Made by a program: the position numbers and the translations under genes. DNA of 64,000 nt, taken from Yuukianura sp. NJ FZ-2021. Lineage: Eukaryota. Of the stretch, positions 13,501 to 26,712 are shown one piece after another. The stretch spans positions 7,192,001-7,256,000 of the forward strand of contig CM102290.1 in the NCBI GenBank assembly GCA_046563655.1, in the 5' to 3' direction. Below the pieces are notes generated by a model. It had not been told where the DNA came from and did not search any database. It saw nothing but the letters and a program-made list of their open reading frames with translations. Every line of letters starts with the position of its first letter. Position 1 is the stretch's first letter.

Positions 13501-15136
13501 TGGCCAAAAAGTGAAATGACCAAAAAGTGAAAACGCCAAAAAGTGAAAAGGCCAAAATATGAAAAGGCCAAAAAGTGAAAAGACCAGAATTAGGAAAAAA
13601 TTAATTTCAGTGGGTTACTCGCATTTTCTTTATTTTTATTTTTATTTGCGAATAAAACCCCCTGTCTATGAAAAAAAAATTTTTTTTGGCCCGTTCTCAA
13701 AAATTTCGAATTTTCGGAAAATTATGAAAAATGCAAATTTCGCTATAAGGGCACACGTTAATTTTTTCTCAAAATAATAGGTCTTAGCTTATATTTTGTT
13801 AGGTTAGGTTACGTTTTTAAGTGCTTGAGCAATTTTGTTATAGCATTTAGGTTAGATTGGGTTAACTTTCAAAAAATGGGATTTGTTTGTTTAGAAAAAG
13901 TTAACATGGAGTATTTTCCCATAAAATTTGAAATATTTCAAGCAGATCGCAAAAAAATATATTTTCGTGGCAGGGGGTCATATTTGTATTAAAAAAATGT
14001 AGAAAACCGAGTTACCCACTGAAAGTATTTTTTTTTCCTAATTCTGGTCTTTTTACTTTTTGCCCTTTTCATATTTTGGCCTTTTCACTTTTTGGCGTTT
14101 TCACTTTTTGGTCATTTCACTTTTTGGCCATTTTCTTTTTGGCGTTTTTAGATTTTGGCCTTTTCACTTGTTGGCGTTTTCACCTCTGATCATTTCACTT
14201 TTGGCCAAATTGTTTTGGCCATTTCACATGGAATCGTCTCCACTTAGCCTAAGCCCAACATAGCATAACGTAGCCTTAGTTTCCAACACCGTCTAGATCC
14301 ATGGAAGCCTAAAACGAGAAAGTGAAGGGCTAACGTAAGTAATCCTTCAAAACAGACAAAAGAAAGGTTTAGAACTTAAGGAAAAGAAGAGATTTCCAGA
14401 GAAAGAGAAAGTTATTCAGGCCCAAAATTTTCCTTGACTCCAATTCCGAGGATCCCAAAAATAAAAGTAAAAACAGTACAAATACAAAGCGACCATTTTC
14501 ATAAGGACTTTATTCTCACGGAGATCAAAACGTGGTGACCTTGGCCAACAGAGGCAATGTTAGAAGGTTTTTGGTTTCTCAAAGACGTTCCTTAAAGGCA
14601 TTGAATTAGCATTGAAATGTTGAAATAACATTTGTAAGGAAAGGGAGTAGGGTGGTGGTGAAAGTAAGTTTGACATGACGGAAGTCATTAAAGAAATTAA
14701 AACAAGTCCAAATTAACTCCGCCACGTTCAGTCCTAATTCTTCACACCAACTTTTGGTTCTATTTTGGTACAACATCAGCGTCAGTTCCATACAGTACTC
14801 CTACTTCCACAATCCCAGTGGTTCCATTTATAATAGGAGAAAGTTCCAGCATTGAAAAGGAATTGAAAGTATTAGCTCCAGCAGAGATGAAACTACTACG
14901 TAGGGCCTACCGCTGCCATCCAAAAGTTTGACTACAACTTTCTCTTTTTCTTTTGTGTGTGTGTCGCAGAGCACGGGTCGTTTGAGTCTTACTGCTGTAG
15001 TGACGACGGATGCAACCACTCACCACGAGCGACACCAAGTCCATACAGATTTCTTATCCTAACAAGTTCACTGCTGACCATCATCAGTTTCCTACTTCCA
15101 GCCATCCGGTTATCCATGGCATCCATCTTGTTTTAA
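7534..15136 (+). CDS. Ly6/uPAR three-finger-domain protein, secreted and probably GPI-anchored (quiver/sleepless-like superfamily), about 137 aa
   Basis: Exon 7534-7597 encodes signal peptide MELRRPLVLCSLSAFLFVLTG and ends at donor G|GTAAGT. Exon 11785-11967 encodes GVTEGIRCYQC...C...C..FC.K...YGC..NC. Exon 14970-15136 encodes QHGSFESYCCSDDGCN plus a hydrophobic tail. Both introns are phase 1 and the total is 414 nt. The mature domain has ten cysteines and the CCxxDxCN hallmark. The exon 1 assignment is inferred from phase and signal-peptide character. Confidence 0.85.
10309..10321 (-). promoter_or_regulatory. Perfect DR1 element (TGACCTTTGACCT) in Ly6 intron 1
   Basis: Exact AGGTCAAAGGTCA on the minus strand. 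Confidence 0.45.
11424..11436 (-). promoter_or_regulatory. Perfect DR1 element (TGACCTTTGACCT) in Ly6 intron 1
   Basis: Exact AGGTCAAAGGTCA on the minus strand. Confidence 0.45.
13350..14235. mobile_element. Non-autonomous foldback/MITE-like DNA transposon with long inverted arms built of ~15-16-bp subrepeats
   Basis: The left arm (about 13350-13688) and right arm (about 13950-14235) are reverse complements, with repeat unit ~AAAAGTGAAA(A/T)GGCC. Direct repeat GTCTCCAC at 13342-13349 and 14236-14243 is a candidate TSD. No transposase ORF; the ~260-bp AT-rich core contains GTTAGGTTAGGTTA. Confidence 0.88.
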
Positions 15137-15178
15137 ACGTTTGAACACTTTACGCATGCGGCCCTGCCATGTCGACTC

Positions 15179-15184
15179 AATAAA
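15179..15184 (+). terminator. Candidate polyadenylation signal of the Ly6 gene
   Basis: AATAAA 42 nt after the TAA stop at 15134-15136. Confidence 0.45.
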
Positions 15185-17588
15185 TCAGCGCAAGCATATG
15201 TCGGCGTCACTGTAAACCCAACCAATCCAATTCCGCATTCTGGTCTTCTTACCCCACCCCACGTTTTTGATGACCATGGGCACCACGAAGACAATGCCTG
15301 AGACGTATCTGATCAACTTTCACCTTTCTTCTTCCTAATTAGAGCAATGAGAGGATCATTCATGGGACACCACCAACTGTGAGAGCGAAGTCTTAACAAT
15401 TTCTTAATAGCTTAGTTTACATTTTTAAGAATGAGCGAAGCCGTAGGACGAGTCAGAGATCATGTCTGTAGGTGCTCATTTGCCCAATTTCAATTGTTTA
15501 ATCCACTTTCCTCCCAGAGCATGTTAGTTGTAACGTGGCCATTCAGCAGTAACTCTCTGTTTCAATCTCACCTGTGAGCAGTTACCTCTTAACCAATAAT
15601 ATCAATATACAACTTAACACTGTGTCTACTAACGTACGTTGTAAGGTGAATACTAGACCTGACACAGCCTGAGGGAGACTAATAAACTTTCCCTATTACA
15701 TTACAATAAGTTGTCAGTGAACTCGAGAGTGGTTTACTACGGTAGGGGGTATTGTCATGGTTCATCATTGAGGAATGCTGTCGAGATTCCGCCCCACCCA
15801 TGGTCTCCATTCATTCATTGACACTTTGGACTTTACTACCTAACGTTACTACTCAAGATTCAACTGCCCCGTGTCCACTGCTCACTCCCTTTTTAGGGAA
15901 CAGACATGGACACAAGGTGAAACGGAAGGAAATAGCCCAAGGGCATCTGAATTCCACCTCGTCTTTAGCACTCGCATCTTGTATTTGGCAGAACGTCAAC
16001 TTAAGCCTCGTTTCCACTGCATGCTCCGAACAATTCAATTTTTACAAAATTTTTCAAACCAATTTCAACAAAATGTGTATCTTAACTGATTTTTCTACTA
16101 TAAAAGAAGATGCTGTAGATGTATGCTTTCAGAGTCTAGTTAAGTGATCTAACAGAGTCAAAAGGGAAAAATAGAAAATCGAAAACATGCAAATTACGCG
16201 CAAGTCAACAGAATTTGTTGAGAGTCAATTTAACTTTGCCAGTTGAAATATTTATGATGAAAAATGCGTTTCCACTTGAGAGTAAGCCAAGGGAACTTTC
16301 AATCGACCAGAGATCGTAAGTGAAATCGACCACGTTGCTGCCGAATCGGATAATTTTAAAGGAGTTTGCTGAATTGGTTGGAGGAGAAACGTGAAAAGGC
16401 AAAAAGGAAAAAAATCAATATCTATCCTCATTTCGTTTAAAACATTTTTTCTTTACTCAAAAATTTTTAGTAGAATATCTATCATCATTTTCATCTTCCC
16501 TATTATTGGTAGTCATACCATAGAGAGGTCAATTTACATGAATGATTTCTTTAGAAAAGAGCTTTTCTTTGAGCTTTTTCAGGAATAAGCCAAAAAATTT
16601 AAAAAAAAAAAAGTTTTTTGAAAGTTGAATTTTTAACTTGAACTAAGATTAAAATCAGTCGGAAGCAATGATTCTTATATGGGAAACCCAAAAAGTTATT
16701 TGATAAAGAACCATTGAATACATTAAGGTCTGCTAGTCACACTCTACTTTTTATTTTATTTCAATTCTGGAGAAAGTCAAAAACCCTTCCGGCCCAAGAC
16801 TTTCTTTTTTTTTATGGAAAATAAGTTTCATGAAACGGAAATAATCAAGAGAGAACACTAGAAAGTTTCAAAAGAGTAGCAACTCAAAAATCTTTTTCCC
16901 AAGAATAGGCATCGTGTTATTATGAATTAGAAAAATCTACATAGGAATTGGTTCCATTGACTTAATTTTACATAATAAATAGATTTGGAAAATTCTAAGA
17001 TTTTTAAACCAATTTAAAATCAGGAAATATGAGAAAGGATTAAGTGAAGTTCCAAGTTCGCCACTTTACTTATGGAAATAACTTTACTTGACAATGGAAC
17101 CTTAGTGTTCCATTCCGAAGAAAATTTCAGTTTTTTTTTCAACTTTTTAATTAATTTGAAACATTTTTTAAAACAGAAGAAAACATAACACTTTAGGCCA
17201 ACGTTAATTTAAAAAAATTGCACATGTTATGACTAATATTTCTGAAATTTCGAAATGAAGCGTCATTGTGAATCAGGCTTAAGGTGGAGTTTGCCCCGGG
17301 GGCTTGAGTGTCCCCAATCTTACCACATTTTTGGTCACTTGCTTTTGGATTAGTTTTCTGCAGTAGTAGTCAGTATTGTATTTGTGTTGCGCTGTAAAAG
17401 TGACAGCACACGGTCCTTATCAACGTTATCACTCGATAAAACTAGGCTAGTTTCATCTCTTCGTTCGTCTGATTACAAGTTCAGTCCTATACGCAATTTA
17501 ATACCTGTGTTCACAACGCTTCATATGGAACTGAATTCTCCGTGATTCACTTGGTTGGAATATACTGCCGCTGAATCAACTGATCAAC

Positions 17589-20500
17589 ATGGACATCAGT
17601 TGGATTGATGGGTTAGAAGGTAAGATTTCAATTAACGTCAATCATTTCGTATTACACTGCTCAAGGGCTATCGGAAGTGCTTTAGTGGCCCTTTGAAGTA
17701 CATTTCTGTGAACTTTGGTTTTAATTTGAGTAGATGAGCAGGGCAGTGTCATGCTAGGAGGTCAAGAACACAAACCGGGCAATGTCTACGAAGTTGAGCA
17801 TTTGGCGACATTCCAGTTGTCGGACGAATTGTCCGTTCCGGCCGACGGAATGCGGCGCCTTCTACATATGGAGAAAAACGGATTCGGGATTTGGAGTCAA
17901 AAGATGCGGGTACGCCTGGAGTCCCGGTTCATTGTCATCCTGGACTTTGAAAATGGGGTAAGTTTACAAGGTGGATTTGGTGGGGAGGCGTCACTTGTAA
18001 TAGAAACTCCTGGCCCACCGCACTTATCCTTATCCCCACTTTCAATTTAAACTTGTCCACTCTATAAATATTTTCTAACCCACTTACGTTTTTCTTCGCA
18101 GGAAGAAATGGAGAGATTCCCACTTCATTTGATCCGTGACCCGACGGCCTTTACGAACCCGAATCCAGGAGAACTCTACAACAACATATTTGCATTTATC
18201 GTCCATCCTGTGGAGATGCACATTTTTCAGGTGAGGCGGGTCACGACGACACCCAGACCGGATAAGCCCACTGACAACCACTTTGAGCAGTTCCCATTCT
18301 TTATGTCCCGAATCCTTAAGAGTTTAGCTCCAGAGATGGGCCATAACCCATCTCAACAAATGCGATCCTACCAAAACTTCATGTGTGATCGTAGTAATGG
18401 TTGACTTCCCCTTTTGGACTCCAAAAATTTATTGTCCAGAAAAAGTCTGGACGGGAAAAAGCTCGCTTTTCTGGAATTGGCAGGTTGATAAGAAAGTCTC
18501 CAGTGTGTAAGGCCAAAGAAGCTCTTTGGGACGACGGAGAGTGGAGCCCTTGGAACCAAACAACTTCAGTAGTACTGCCTTACCAACCTAAACTTGTAAC
18601 CACCAGGCTAACCACTATATTGCCCACCGAAAAACTTTTTTTTCTTATAAAGTTTTTCATGTGCACCCATAAAAGTATAAAGAAGGATTGACGATTTCAG
18701 ATCTTCCAATTTATTTTCCTCTATGACCCATTGACCTCTGCCTCACTCATGTACTAACTTTCTCTTTTCTTTTTATTTTTGTAAATAGTGCTTCAATATC
18801 TCGGCAGCGGAATTAGTGGAAGATGTCAAGTTGGCTCTGACAGGAAGGGCTCCACCTCCCCGGCACCGTCGTGGAAGCCAAGGAAGTTTGCCACCACCAC
18901 CAAACAACCCACCACCGGATCCACCAATGCTTCTTCCTCACCGTAAGTTATAATGAATTTGGTATACGCAAATATAAGCCCTTTGCTTACTCGTTTCCGC
19001 TTTTCCTTAAACATTCCTGGGTAGTTGATAATAAAGTGACGCGATGATTTACATTCTACAGCATTCCCGGGATACAAAAAAAAGTAATGCTAAGAACACG
19101 GGACACAAAGATTAAAAGGCTAGGACGGCATTCCTCTGTTTTAACGTAAAACGTATAGTTAAGTGTAAACGATAACTATGTCCTGGAATGCTGTATGCAC
19201 ACGCTTTCTCTCTGGCTACTTTCTCCGAAAGCACTGGGTTCCACATTCCGACATCCACTTTGTTCCATTGTTGTTCAAATTTCTCTTATTAAAAAAGTCC
19301 CAAGAATTCTCGAATTTTTGAGATTTTAATAACAGATCCTTTTTACAACCATGTACCAGTGAAAAAGTTTTTTGCCACTTGAATTGACTCACTTGACTAC
19401 TTATTGCTCTCATTCCTTCATTGGTTTTCCATCCCCGTCCGACTTCCACTTTCTCCTTATGATTGTTTATGTGTGTACGTTCTCATTGCTTTCTTCTTTG
19501 TACAGATGAGGATGACACGAGCTCCGGAGGGAGTGAGGGGAAATACGAACGGGAAGTTAATATCCTGAATCGCTGTTTTGATGACATTGAGCGGTTCATA
19601 GCACGGCTTCAATATGCTGCCGCCGCTTGGCGCGAACTGCAGAGGCGTCGAAAGTAAGTGAATAAGTGAAAGACAGAACATATAACTTTGTGGGACAAGT
19701 GAACAAAAGAAATAGGATGTATGGGGGGAGGGGCTTAAAAGCATTTCTCCGTTTCACGCAAATTGTTCCGGTACACGGAGAAAACTGATCCGTCGGATTT
19801 TGTAAGTGAGGATCAAACAGGAAAGCATCTGGAGTTTAGCCTTGTGTTTCAACGCTGTGCGTCTTGAAAAGTGTTGAGGCGTTTGCTTGTTAGATGATAT
19901 GATAGTGTCAAAGACAAACAAGTAAGGGAAAGCGGAGTCTCTTTCACCATTGTTTTGCGGTTCCGGACGACTAATGAATAAACCATCATTTCCTATAACA
20001 CTACCCTATTCGTTTTCTCTCTGTGGTCTAACTCAATGTTAACTTCTGGTTTTCCAGGATTAAGAAGAGCAAGAAGAAGGAACATGGTGAAGGTCTCATG
20101 AGTCTTCGTGCCAAGCCCCCACGGGAAAGAGACTTCGTGGACATTCTCCAGAAGTTCAAGCTCTCCTTCAACCTTCTCGTAAGATAATTTTCTCCAGGAG
20201 TGAATGTAGAAGGACCTAACTAGGCCAAGAAGCACTAATCTAAACTTAAGACTAAGGAAAAAGGCACATTTCTTTGAGTGTTTGCCTTATTCAAGTGTGG
20301 ATTTTATCACCCAAGTTACGACTACGGGCTACTACCTCTGCACCACCACCATCGAGTACCTCCGTCGACGTCGTCTTTCCTTCAAGTCCCAAGCCAGACA
20401 AGTCCAACGTCTCCTGACAAAACTGAAACCGACACCCACGGTTCCACCAACTACCACTCTGTGCACTTTCCACTACTATGGACTCCTAGAAGGACTATTT

Positions 20501-23500
20501 ACACTCGTCTCAAACTGCCACCAACTTTTAAGCCCCAGCAGAAATCCAAACTTTGTTTTAAGAGTTCTGCACGGTGGACGGCTGTGGCTGGCTGGAAACA
20601 GGACTGGAGCTCAATTTGGAGTCTCTTGGGCCTGGAGAAAGCGCTTTTTCTCTTATTTTTCTATAACACTCTTTTTCCTTTTATGTTCCCCATGTCTCTG
20701 AGTTGAATTTAATTGGCACCATATACGAACTTACTTAGCCTCTCTCTTATTTTGTTTCCAGGCTCGACTTAAGAGTCACATCCACGATCCCAATGCTCCA
20801 GAACTGGTTCACTTTCTCTTTACTCCGCTGGCTCTGATTGTGGACGCTTCACGGGATGCTCATACTGTGGGACTGGCAGCTTGTGTCGTGGCTCCACTTT
20901 TGTCACGCGAAGCAATCGAGCTCCTCAACAATTGTCTCACGTCGAAAGAGACAGAGTTGTGGCATTCCCTTGGAGAAGCTTGGCTCCTCTCTCGGTAAGG
21001 AATTGACTCATGACCCTTGTCTCAAAATCCGACAGTTCTCATGTCCTCTCTTGTTTTGGATGTGGTGAGAGAAACTAATTGGGGCATAATGAGATCCCGA
21101 TTTAGTCCTGGACGAAAATGTCTCTGAGGACTTTTGGGGATGATTAGAAAGAGGGGGAAAGTGTACTACGGATCCAACAAGAGTCTCTTTGGCATTTTCT
21201 AAAAAGAAGACTTGAAAAGCCCGGGAAGGCTCCAAGATGCCCATGATTGATGGTAGGATTGGAAATGGAGCTCATTCGTCTTTTTTCGTTTCTTTTTTTC
21301 CAGGGAGCAGTTCAAGGGCTACGTCCCTCCGTACCAACCAGTTTTTATGGATGGATGGGCACCCACAGTCCCGGAAGGTTCTGTTATTGGACAAGCCGTG
21401 GCTTCTGAAGCTCAAATCCGTATGCAGAAGCTGCAACAAGCAACTCGAGAGGTAAGTCAATAAAAACTCATATAAAGTGGCAATTTCATCCCATTCATTA
21501 CGTTAGAATACTCTATGATAGTATGATACTAAATCATACTGTATGTTCCTGCATAACCTGAGGAAGTTTTAAAATTTTTATAAAACCGGAACTGATAAAG
21601 GGCTTCAATTTCCTAGGAAAGTTTTCTTAGAATGAGATTTGGATTTGCAATGAAAGCTTATGGATTCATTCCTTGTTAAAAGAAAGTAAAGCTGTGTTGG
21701 GCTTTTAGGCTAGACAAATGTTTTGAATGGGGCATAAGACTTGAGACATACGCTAACTAAATGCATTGTAAAGAGAAAGTGGGCCAGGGCGAAAGTGACA
21801 AGTGGATTGGATCTGGTTTAATTGATGGGATTTAGTGATGAGAGGATTTACAAGTAGTTTTGGGGCTAATGGGCCTATCCCAGACGGGGGTACGATACTT
21901 TGGGCGGGATGAATGGATTGGTCCAGTGGGAATTCGCAGAGGGGGGAGGGGGTCTGATTACTGGGTGGGGGTGGTAGGGATTGGAGATACTAGAATAGAA
22001 CCATAACTCAGTCCAGAACCCCTTGTTTGATCCTTTGACTTATGAGAGGAGGGACTGCACAGATTCCTGGAACTAGAACTGTGCTGGAACGCATGCTGGA
22101 AGTATAGAAATGTGCTGGAAGGTACTGGAGTCTTTCTCTTTCTCTGTGAGTTATTAATACGGCCCGAGGACTTTAATTAAATTCCTTCTCTAAAGACGGA
22201 GAAAGCAGGTGCTTTCTCCTTCTGGAAAAGCTTCCTTCCTCATTACGGCTTAGTCCGTCTGCCTCACTTGGCTTACACTTTTCCCAAGTGAGAACAAACG
22301 TCGTTAGTGGATGCGGCATTTTATATGCAACAGGAGCAGATTTGATGTTTTACTTTAACCCAATTCAACTTTTCTGTACTTGTTATGTTGCTGTTAAGGT
22401 GGAGGAAGCCCGGGAGAGATCCGTTTCGCCAGTGGAAATGGCGGGAGACGACTTCGGAGCAGGCCAACGGGCATTTATGGATTCCATTCGACTCCACGGT
22501 GGACGGGCTGTCATTGTCTCCCATCCGCGTACTGCTAATAATCACAAGGAACTCACTGTTGTCCGTGGAGAGTACTTGGAGGTAAGGTCAAAAGTTCAAA
22601 TGCTTCCAACTCTCAACTTGACTTCAATGTTTCCACTTGGAATCACGTCATGACGCTTTACTTATTTATTTTTCTAGGTCCTGGATGACTCGAAGAAGTG
22701 GTGGAAAGCCCGTAACTGGAAAGGCCAAGTTGCTCATGTCCCACATACGATTCTGTCCGACATTGTAAGTCATAGCAATACACTTTTACGACAAGGAAAT
22801 AAGTGCGTCTTTCAAAATTGTTTGTTTTGTTAAAAAAATATTTTCTTTATCGTTTGTAATAGGAGACCCCGGCCTATCATGGAAACGAACGGGAGCGTTC
22901 AGGTAGGCGATTCTACTGAGGTTGCTGCTGTCGCTCTGCTGGAATTGTGTGCTACACTTTGCAATTGCTCTACCACACAAACAGTACCAAAATATTGTCG
23001 TCTACCCCTTGTCTCTTGTGCTCCTATGTGTCAGTCAACTGCTCAACCCCTCCCTCCCTCTATGCAAAAAGTAACTAGTGCCTTGAGTTGGCTTCTAATG
23101 TCGTCGTGATCAGGTCACCCGAAGAGTGACCTCACTCGCTAAATCGCTTCCCACCCCCTGTGCCATTATCATCTCATACTCAGTTTTAGTAGCGCCACAG
23201 AGTCACTCACAGTAGGAAGTCCCTCAACCTTCACTATTAAATTCCCGAAGTCCTTTTAGATTTTAGGCTAAGAACTTGTCTGTGTGTATTTGCTTCTGAG
23301 GAATTAAAGTCCTGCAAAAGCTCTAGAAACGTTCACAATTCATAATTCATGGAGGCCTTCCGCCCTTTATCTTTTATTCAAAGCATAGAGCTCTTAAGTC
23401 TCCTCAGAATCTCATTTCCGCCCGCCCTCTTACTTGCGTCTTTGGTGTTGTTATTCCCCTGTTTCATGTTCTACACGTTGTCGATTGGCTTTCTTAAGCA

Positions 23501-26500
23501 CCTGCTAGAGGAGCACAAACCGCAGCTAAAGCGCCGATTTTCGGTTGAGCACTCAAGTCGACTCAATCTTAACTGCTCAATGTTACTCAATGTAAATTGT
23601 ACTGCTCAAATGTAGCTTCTTGGACGCCACCAGCATCCACGACGACGGAGACATCAGAAGAAGAGGTCGAAATGCCACCACCTCCTCCGCCTGCCGTAGC
23701 TGCTAAGAAGGCCGAATCGAAGAAGGACCGACGTAAGTTTTTTCCATTCCGCTACTCCTGAAAAGTTAATGTTTGATTCTGAGATGACTAGTTTAGGTTA
23801 GATTAGACTCAAAACTTTGACGATGTACGGTATGAATCTTAATTATTCATGACTGAGGCATGGAACTAAGGTTAGGGAAGAAGTGTGTGAACTGAAGGAG
23901 GAGATGATGTGATTATGGACTGTGCACATCGCGACCACTTTCTCCCAAATTTTCTGACTAGATTTTGTTTAGCTCGCCTTGATTTTGGGCCCGCTGTGTC
24001 TTAGTTCTTGGTTTATGTAGCCTTTGAGCTTCTTTAGTTAGGCCTACCCTAACATACTCTATATTTAGTTAGGAGTTGACTGGGAAATGTTCCTTCGTTT
24101 CCAAATTGGAGAGAGGAGACAGAGAGAAAGTGAAAGTGAAGCGGAAGGAGAAAGTGAGGCAGAAACAAATGAGTCGTAAAAATGGAAAGAAGGAACGAAC
24201 GGAGGTTCCCCAAAACCAAAAATAATTAATCCACGGAATTTTTAAAGCGTCACTCAAATGGAAAACTTGCCGTAAACTTTATGCTGTTACAAGGCAATCC
24301 CACTTTCCAAATATTTCCTTTCAAATTTTTCTTTCTTTCTTTTCTTTTCCAAGATCACAACTTCAAGGTAATCTAGGACAAAAATATGTCAAAGAGTATC
24401 AGAGAATTCCAGTAGGTTGGGTTTAAAATATTTTCAGTTGAGATATTGTTGAGAAATGTAATCCTATGCACGCGACGGCCAATTTGTTTCTTTAAATTTC
24501 TTTGGCGGTTAGCTTAAAGTTATTCATTTGCGCCAAACTGACTGAACTAAATTGCTACTTGCGCCTTTTTTCTTCAAAAGGCGCGAAAAAAGTGAGCTTG
24601 AAGACCCAAATTGAGCGTGGGATTTGCTTGTCAGATTCTTTTACAATTTTCAGAACAAAGAAATGTTGGGATACTTAAAAGTTTGGTTTCCTTGTGTGGG
24701 TGGAGGCAGTATGTTCTGTTATGTGTGGCTTTGATTCATTTGAGGGATATCAGAGGAGCTTTACGGTAAATAGGGGTTATAGGGGACAGACAGGAGAAAG
24801 TGGAAACAATTTGTTTAAAATAAAAGCAGGGAAAAAATAGAGCAGAAATTTGTTTTGGAAGTAGAAGAAAAATTTGGTTGGTCCCAGAAGAACCATGAAA
24901 GTTTTGAAAGCAATCCTGCTGATCTGGAAGTCTCTAAAAACGCATCTCAAGATTAATTCCTCCTTTCCCTAGTTTAAAAAAAGTGGTAAGGCGGAGACGA
25001 GAAGTCGAGCGTAAGAATGGAGATTTTTTGGACTGTTTTTTTTACCTCCTTATATTTTTTGGCTATGATGATGGCAAAATGACAGGGCGAGTGAAAGCGT
25101 TAAAAGGAATAGACGTGGCTTTAGGAAATGCCTCGAGAGAGTCAAGGGAAGAATGAAAGTGAAAGTGTTTCTGTGTACCAGCACTCCATGATCTTTTATT
25201 TCCCAACCCTTCTGTCTAATAATTTTTAGCCAAGAGTGAGGATTTGATGCATGCGGAACTCAATAACGTTCTGCACTTTTACCGCGAAAAACGCAACCCA
25301 CTCGAAATCCACAAGACGCCGGAAGTTTACGTCAACGCTGCTTCATCTCCGTCGGAAGTCAAAGCTTGGCTACAGGCAAAAGGCTTCTCAGACGCAGTCG
25401 TTAGGGCTTTGGCCGGTTGGGATGGCAACGACCTATTCGCTCTACGCAGAGATGAACTACAACGCGTCTGCGGAGACACTGAAGGCAAACGTCTTCATTC
25501 CCAAATCATCCTTTCAAGGAATGTCAGTGGCGTAAGTTTTTAAATTTTGAAGTGTTTTTTTAATCAAATGATGTTGAAAATTGAGGGATAATGGGGATGT
25601 AATAGAAAGAAATACTAAATTGGTTTCATATTTCCTGGCTCATGCATGCCATTATATGCTTGCCGAAAATATCTCGCTCCCAAATTTGATTATGTTGGAA
25701 TTGTTTTTGTGAGATATTTTGATCAAGATGGCGTTCTAAGAGCAATTCCATTCCTCTTGTTTTTGTAATTGTTCAATTTCCTACATTGATTGAAAATCTG
25801 TCGAAAATTTTTGAAAAAGATTACTGAACTTTCGTATTTTTTGAGTTGAAACTGCTGCAGAACTAGAAGCAAACCTACCGTAAACAAAACTTGAGTGGAT
25901 TTTGATTACACACACAAAAAATGAATTTTTGAAACAAAAAATGGTTTCGGAGGTTTAAATTGAAAGAAGTTTCGACGCAGAGATTAACCTGACTCAAAAT
26001 TTTTCTCCCGACTGGCAGTCAATTGATTTTAGCTTAGGCAGCGTATCCTGAGTGTTTCAAAAAAAAAACTCTAAGAAAAAAAACTGTCGACCCGTATTTT
26101 CCGGGGCATAAGAGGGTTGGAAAGATTGGCAGAAGGAGATTTGAGCTACGGATTCAATTCGGCGCGTACTTTCGGCTCAAATGATTATCTGTCTAAGCTT
26201 CCTTATTTCTGCATACTAATTTTTCATAAATCACTGATATTCTTCTTGATTTATTCATGATTGATTAGTTCAAGACGACACGGTCTTCGGAATTGCTTGA
26301 TATTTTGGCTAAAGCTCGAGCCAAGGCTGAAGGAAAGAACGGAGGAGCACCAGCACCACCACCACCACCAGAAGCGAAAGGAAGCGTTTCTTCGAACGAT
26401 GAAAAAACGGAGGAGAATACACGGAAGAATGCTCGCAAGTCACGCCCACCTTTGAAACTGACACCGGAGACTAATGGAGAGCGGGGTGGCAAAGGTCAGG

Positions 26501-26712
26501 TCGCTGAGCGACCAGAAAAGAAGGCGCCAAAATCAAAATCCAAACCGCAACCTCCTCCTCCCCCGCCGCCGGTGGCTCTACCCCCTCCAGTCCCACCGCA
26601 TAACGATAACGACGACACGGAGAGTGACGATGAAGATGATTCAATGGACGGAAGGTCCACTCTTGGCCGAATGATTCGAGAAAAGCATGGGCAAATGTTT
26701 AAAAGTAAGTAG
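17589..26712 (+). CDS. EPS8: Epidermal growth factor receptor kinase substrate 8-like adaptor (EPS8/arouser): PTB, EGFR-binding region, SH3, SAM/effector; about 786 aa
   Basis: Exons 17589-17619, 17734-17957, 18102-18230, 18789-18942, 19506-19653, 20058-20178, 20762-20994, 21304-21451, 22399-22581, 22678-22764, 22863-22902, 23616-23732, 25230-25531, 26269-26712 total 2361 nt with consistent phases. Motifs include YEVEHLATF (PTB), [44 protein letters not shown]3 [24 protein letters not shown] and [19 protein letters not shown]. The first exon and the extreme C-terminus are less certain. Confidence 0.93.

Noticed and set aside
13358..13590. Regular short repeats superficially like a CRISPR array
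   Set aside because: Units are directly tandem with no unique spacers, are mirrored in an inverted arm, and there are no cas genes in this eukaryotic context.
13338..14263. Two near-identical antiparallel Phe-rich ORFs (13338-13571 minus, 14060-14263 plus)
   Set aside because: They are translations of the inverted-repeat arms of the foldback element, not genes.
15752..16402. Minus-strand ORFs with acceptor-like sites between Ly6 and EPS8
   Set aside because: I could not chain them into a stop-free, phase-consistent model and saw no recognisable domain. BLASTX or RNA-seq would be needed.
20278..20706. Two overlapping ~140-aa ORFs in an EPS8 intron
   Set aside because: Non-ATG starts, no family motif, and the flanking EPS8 exons join in phase without them.
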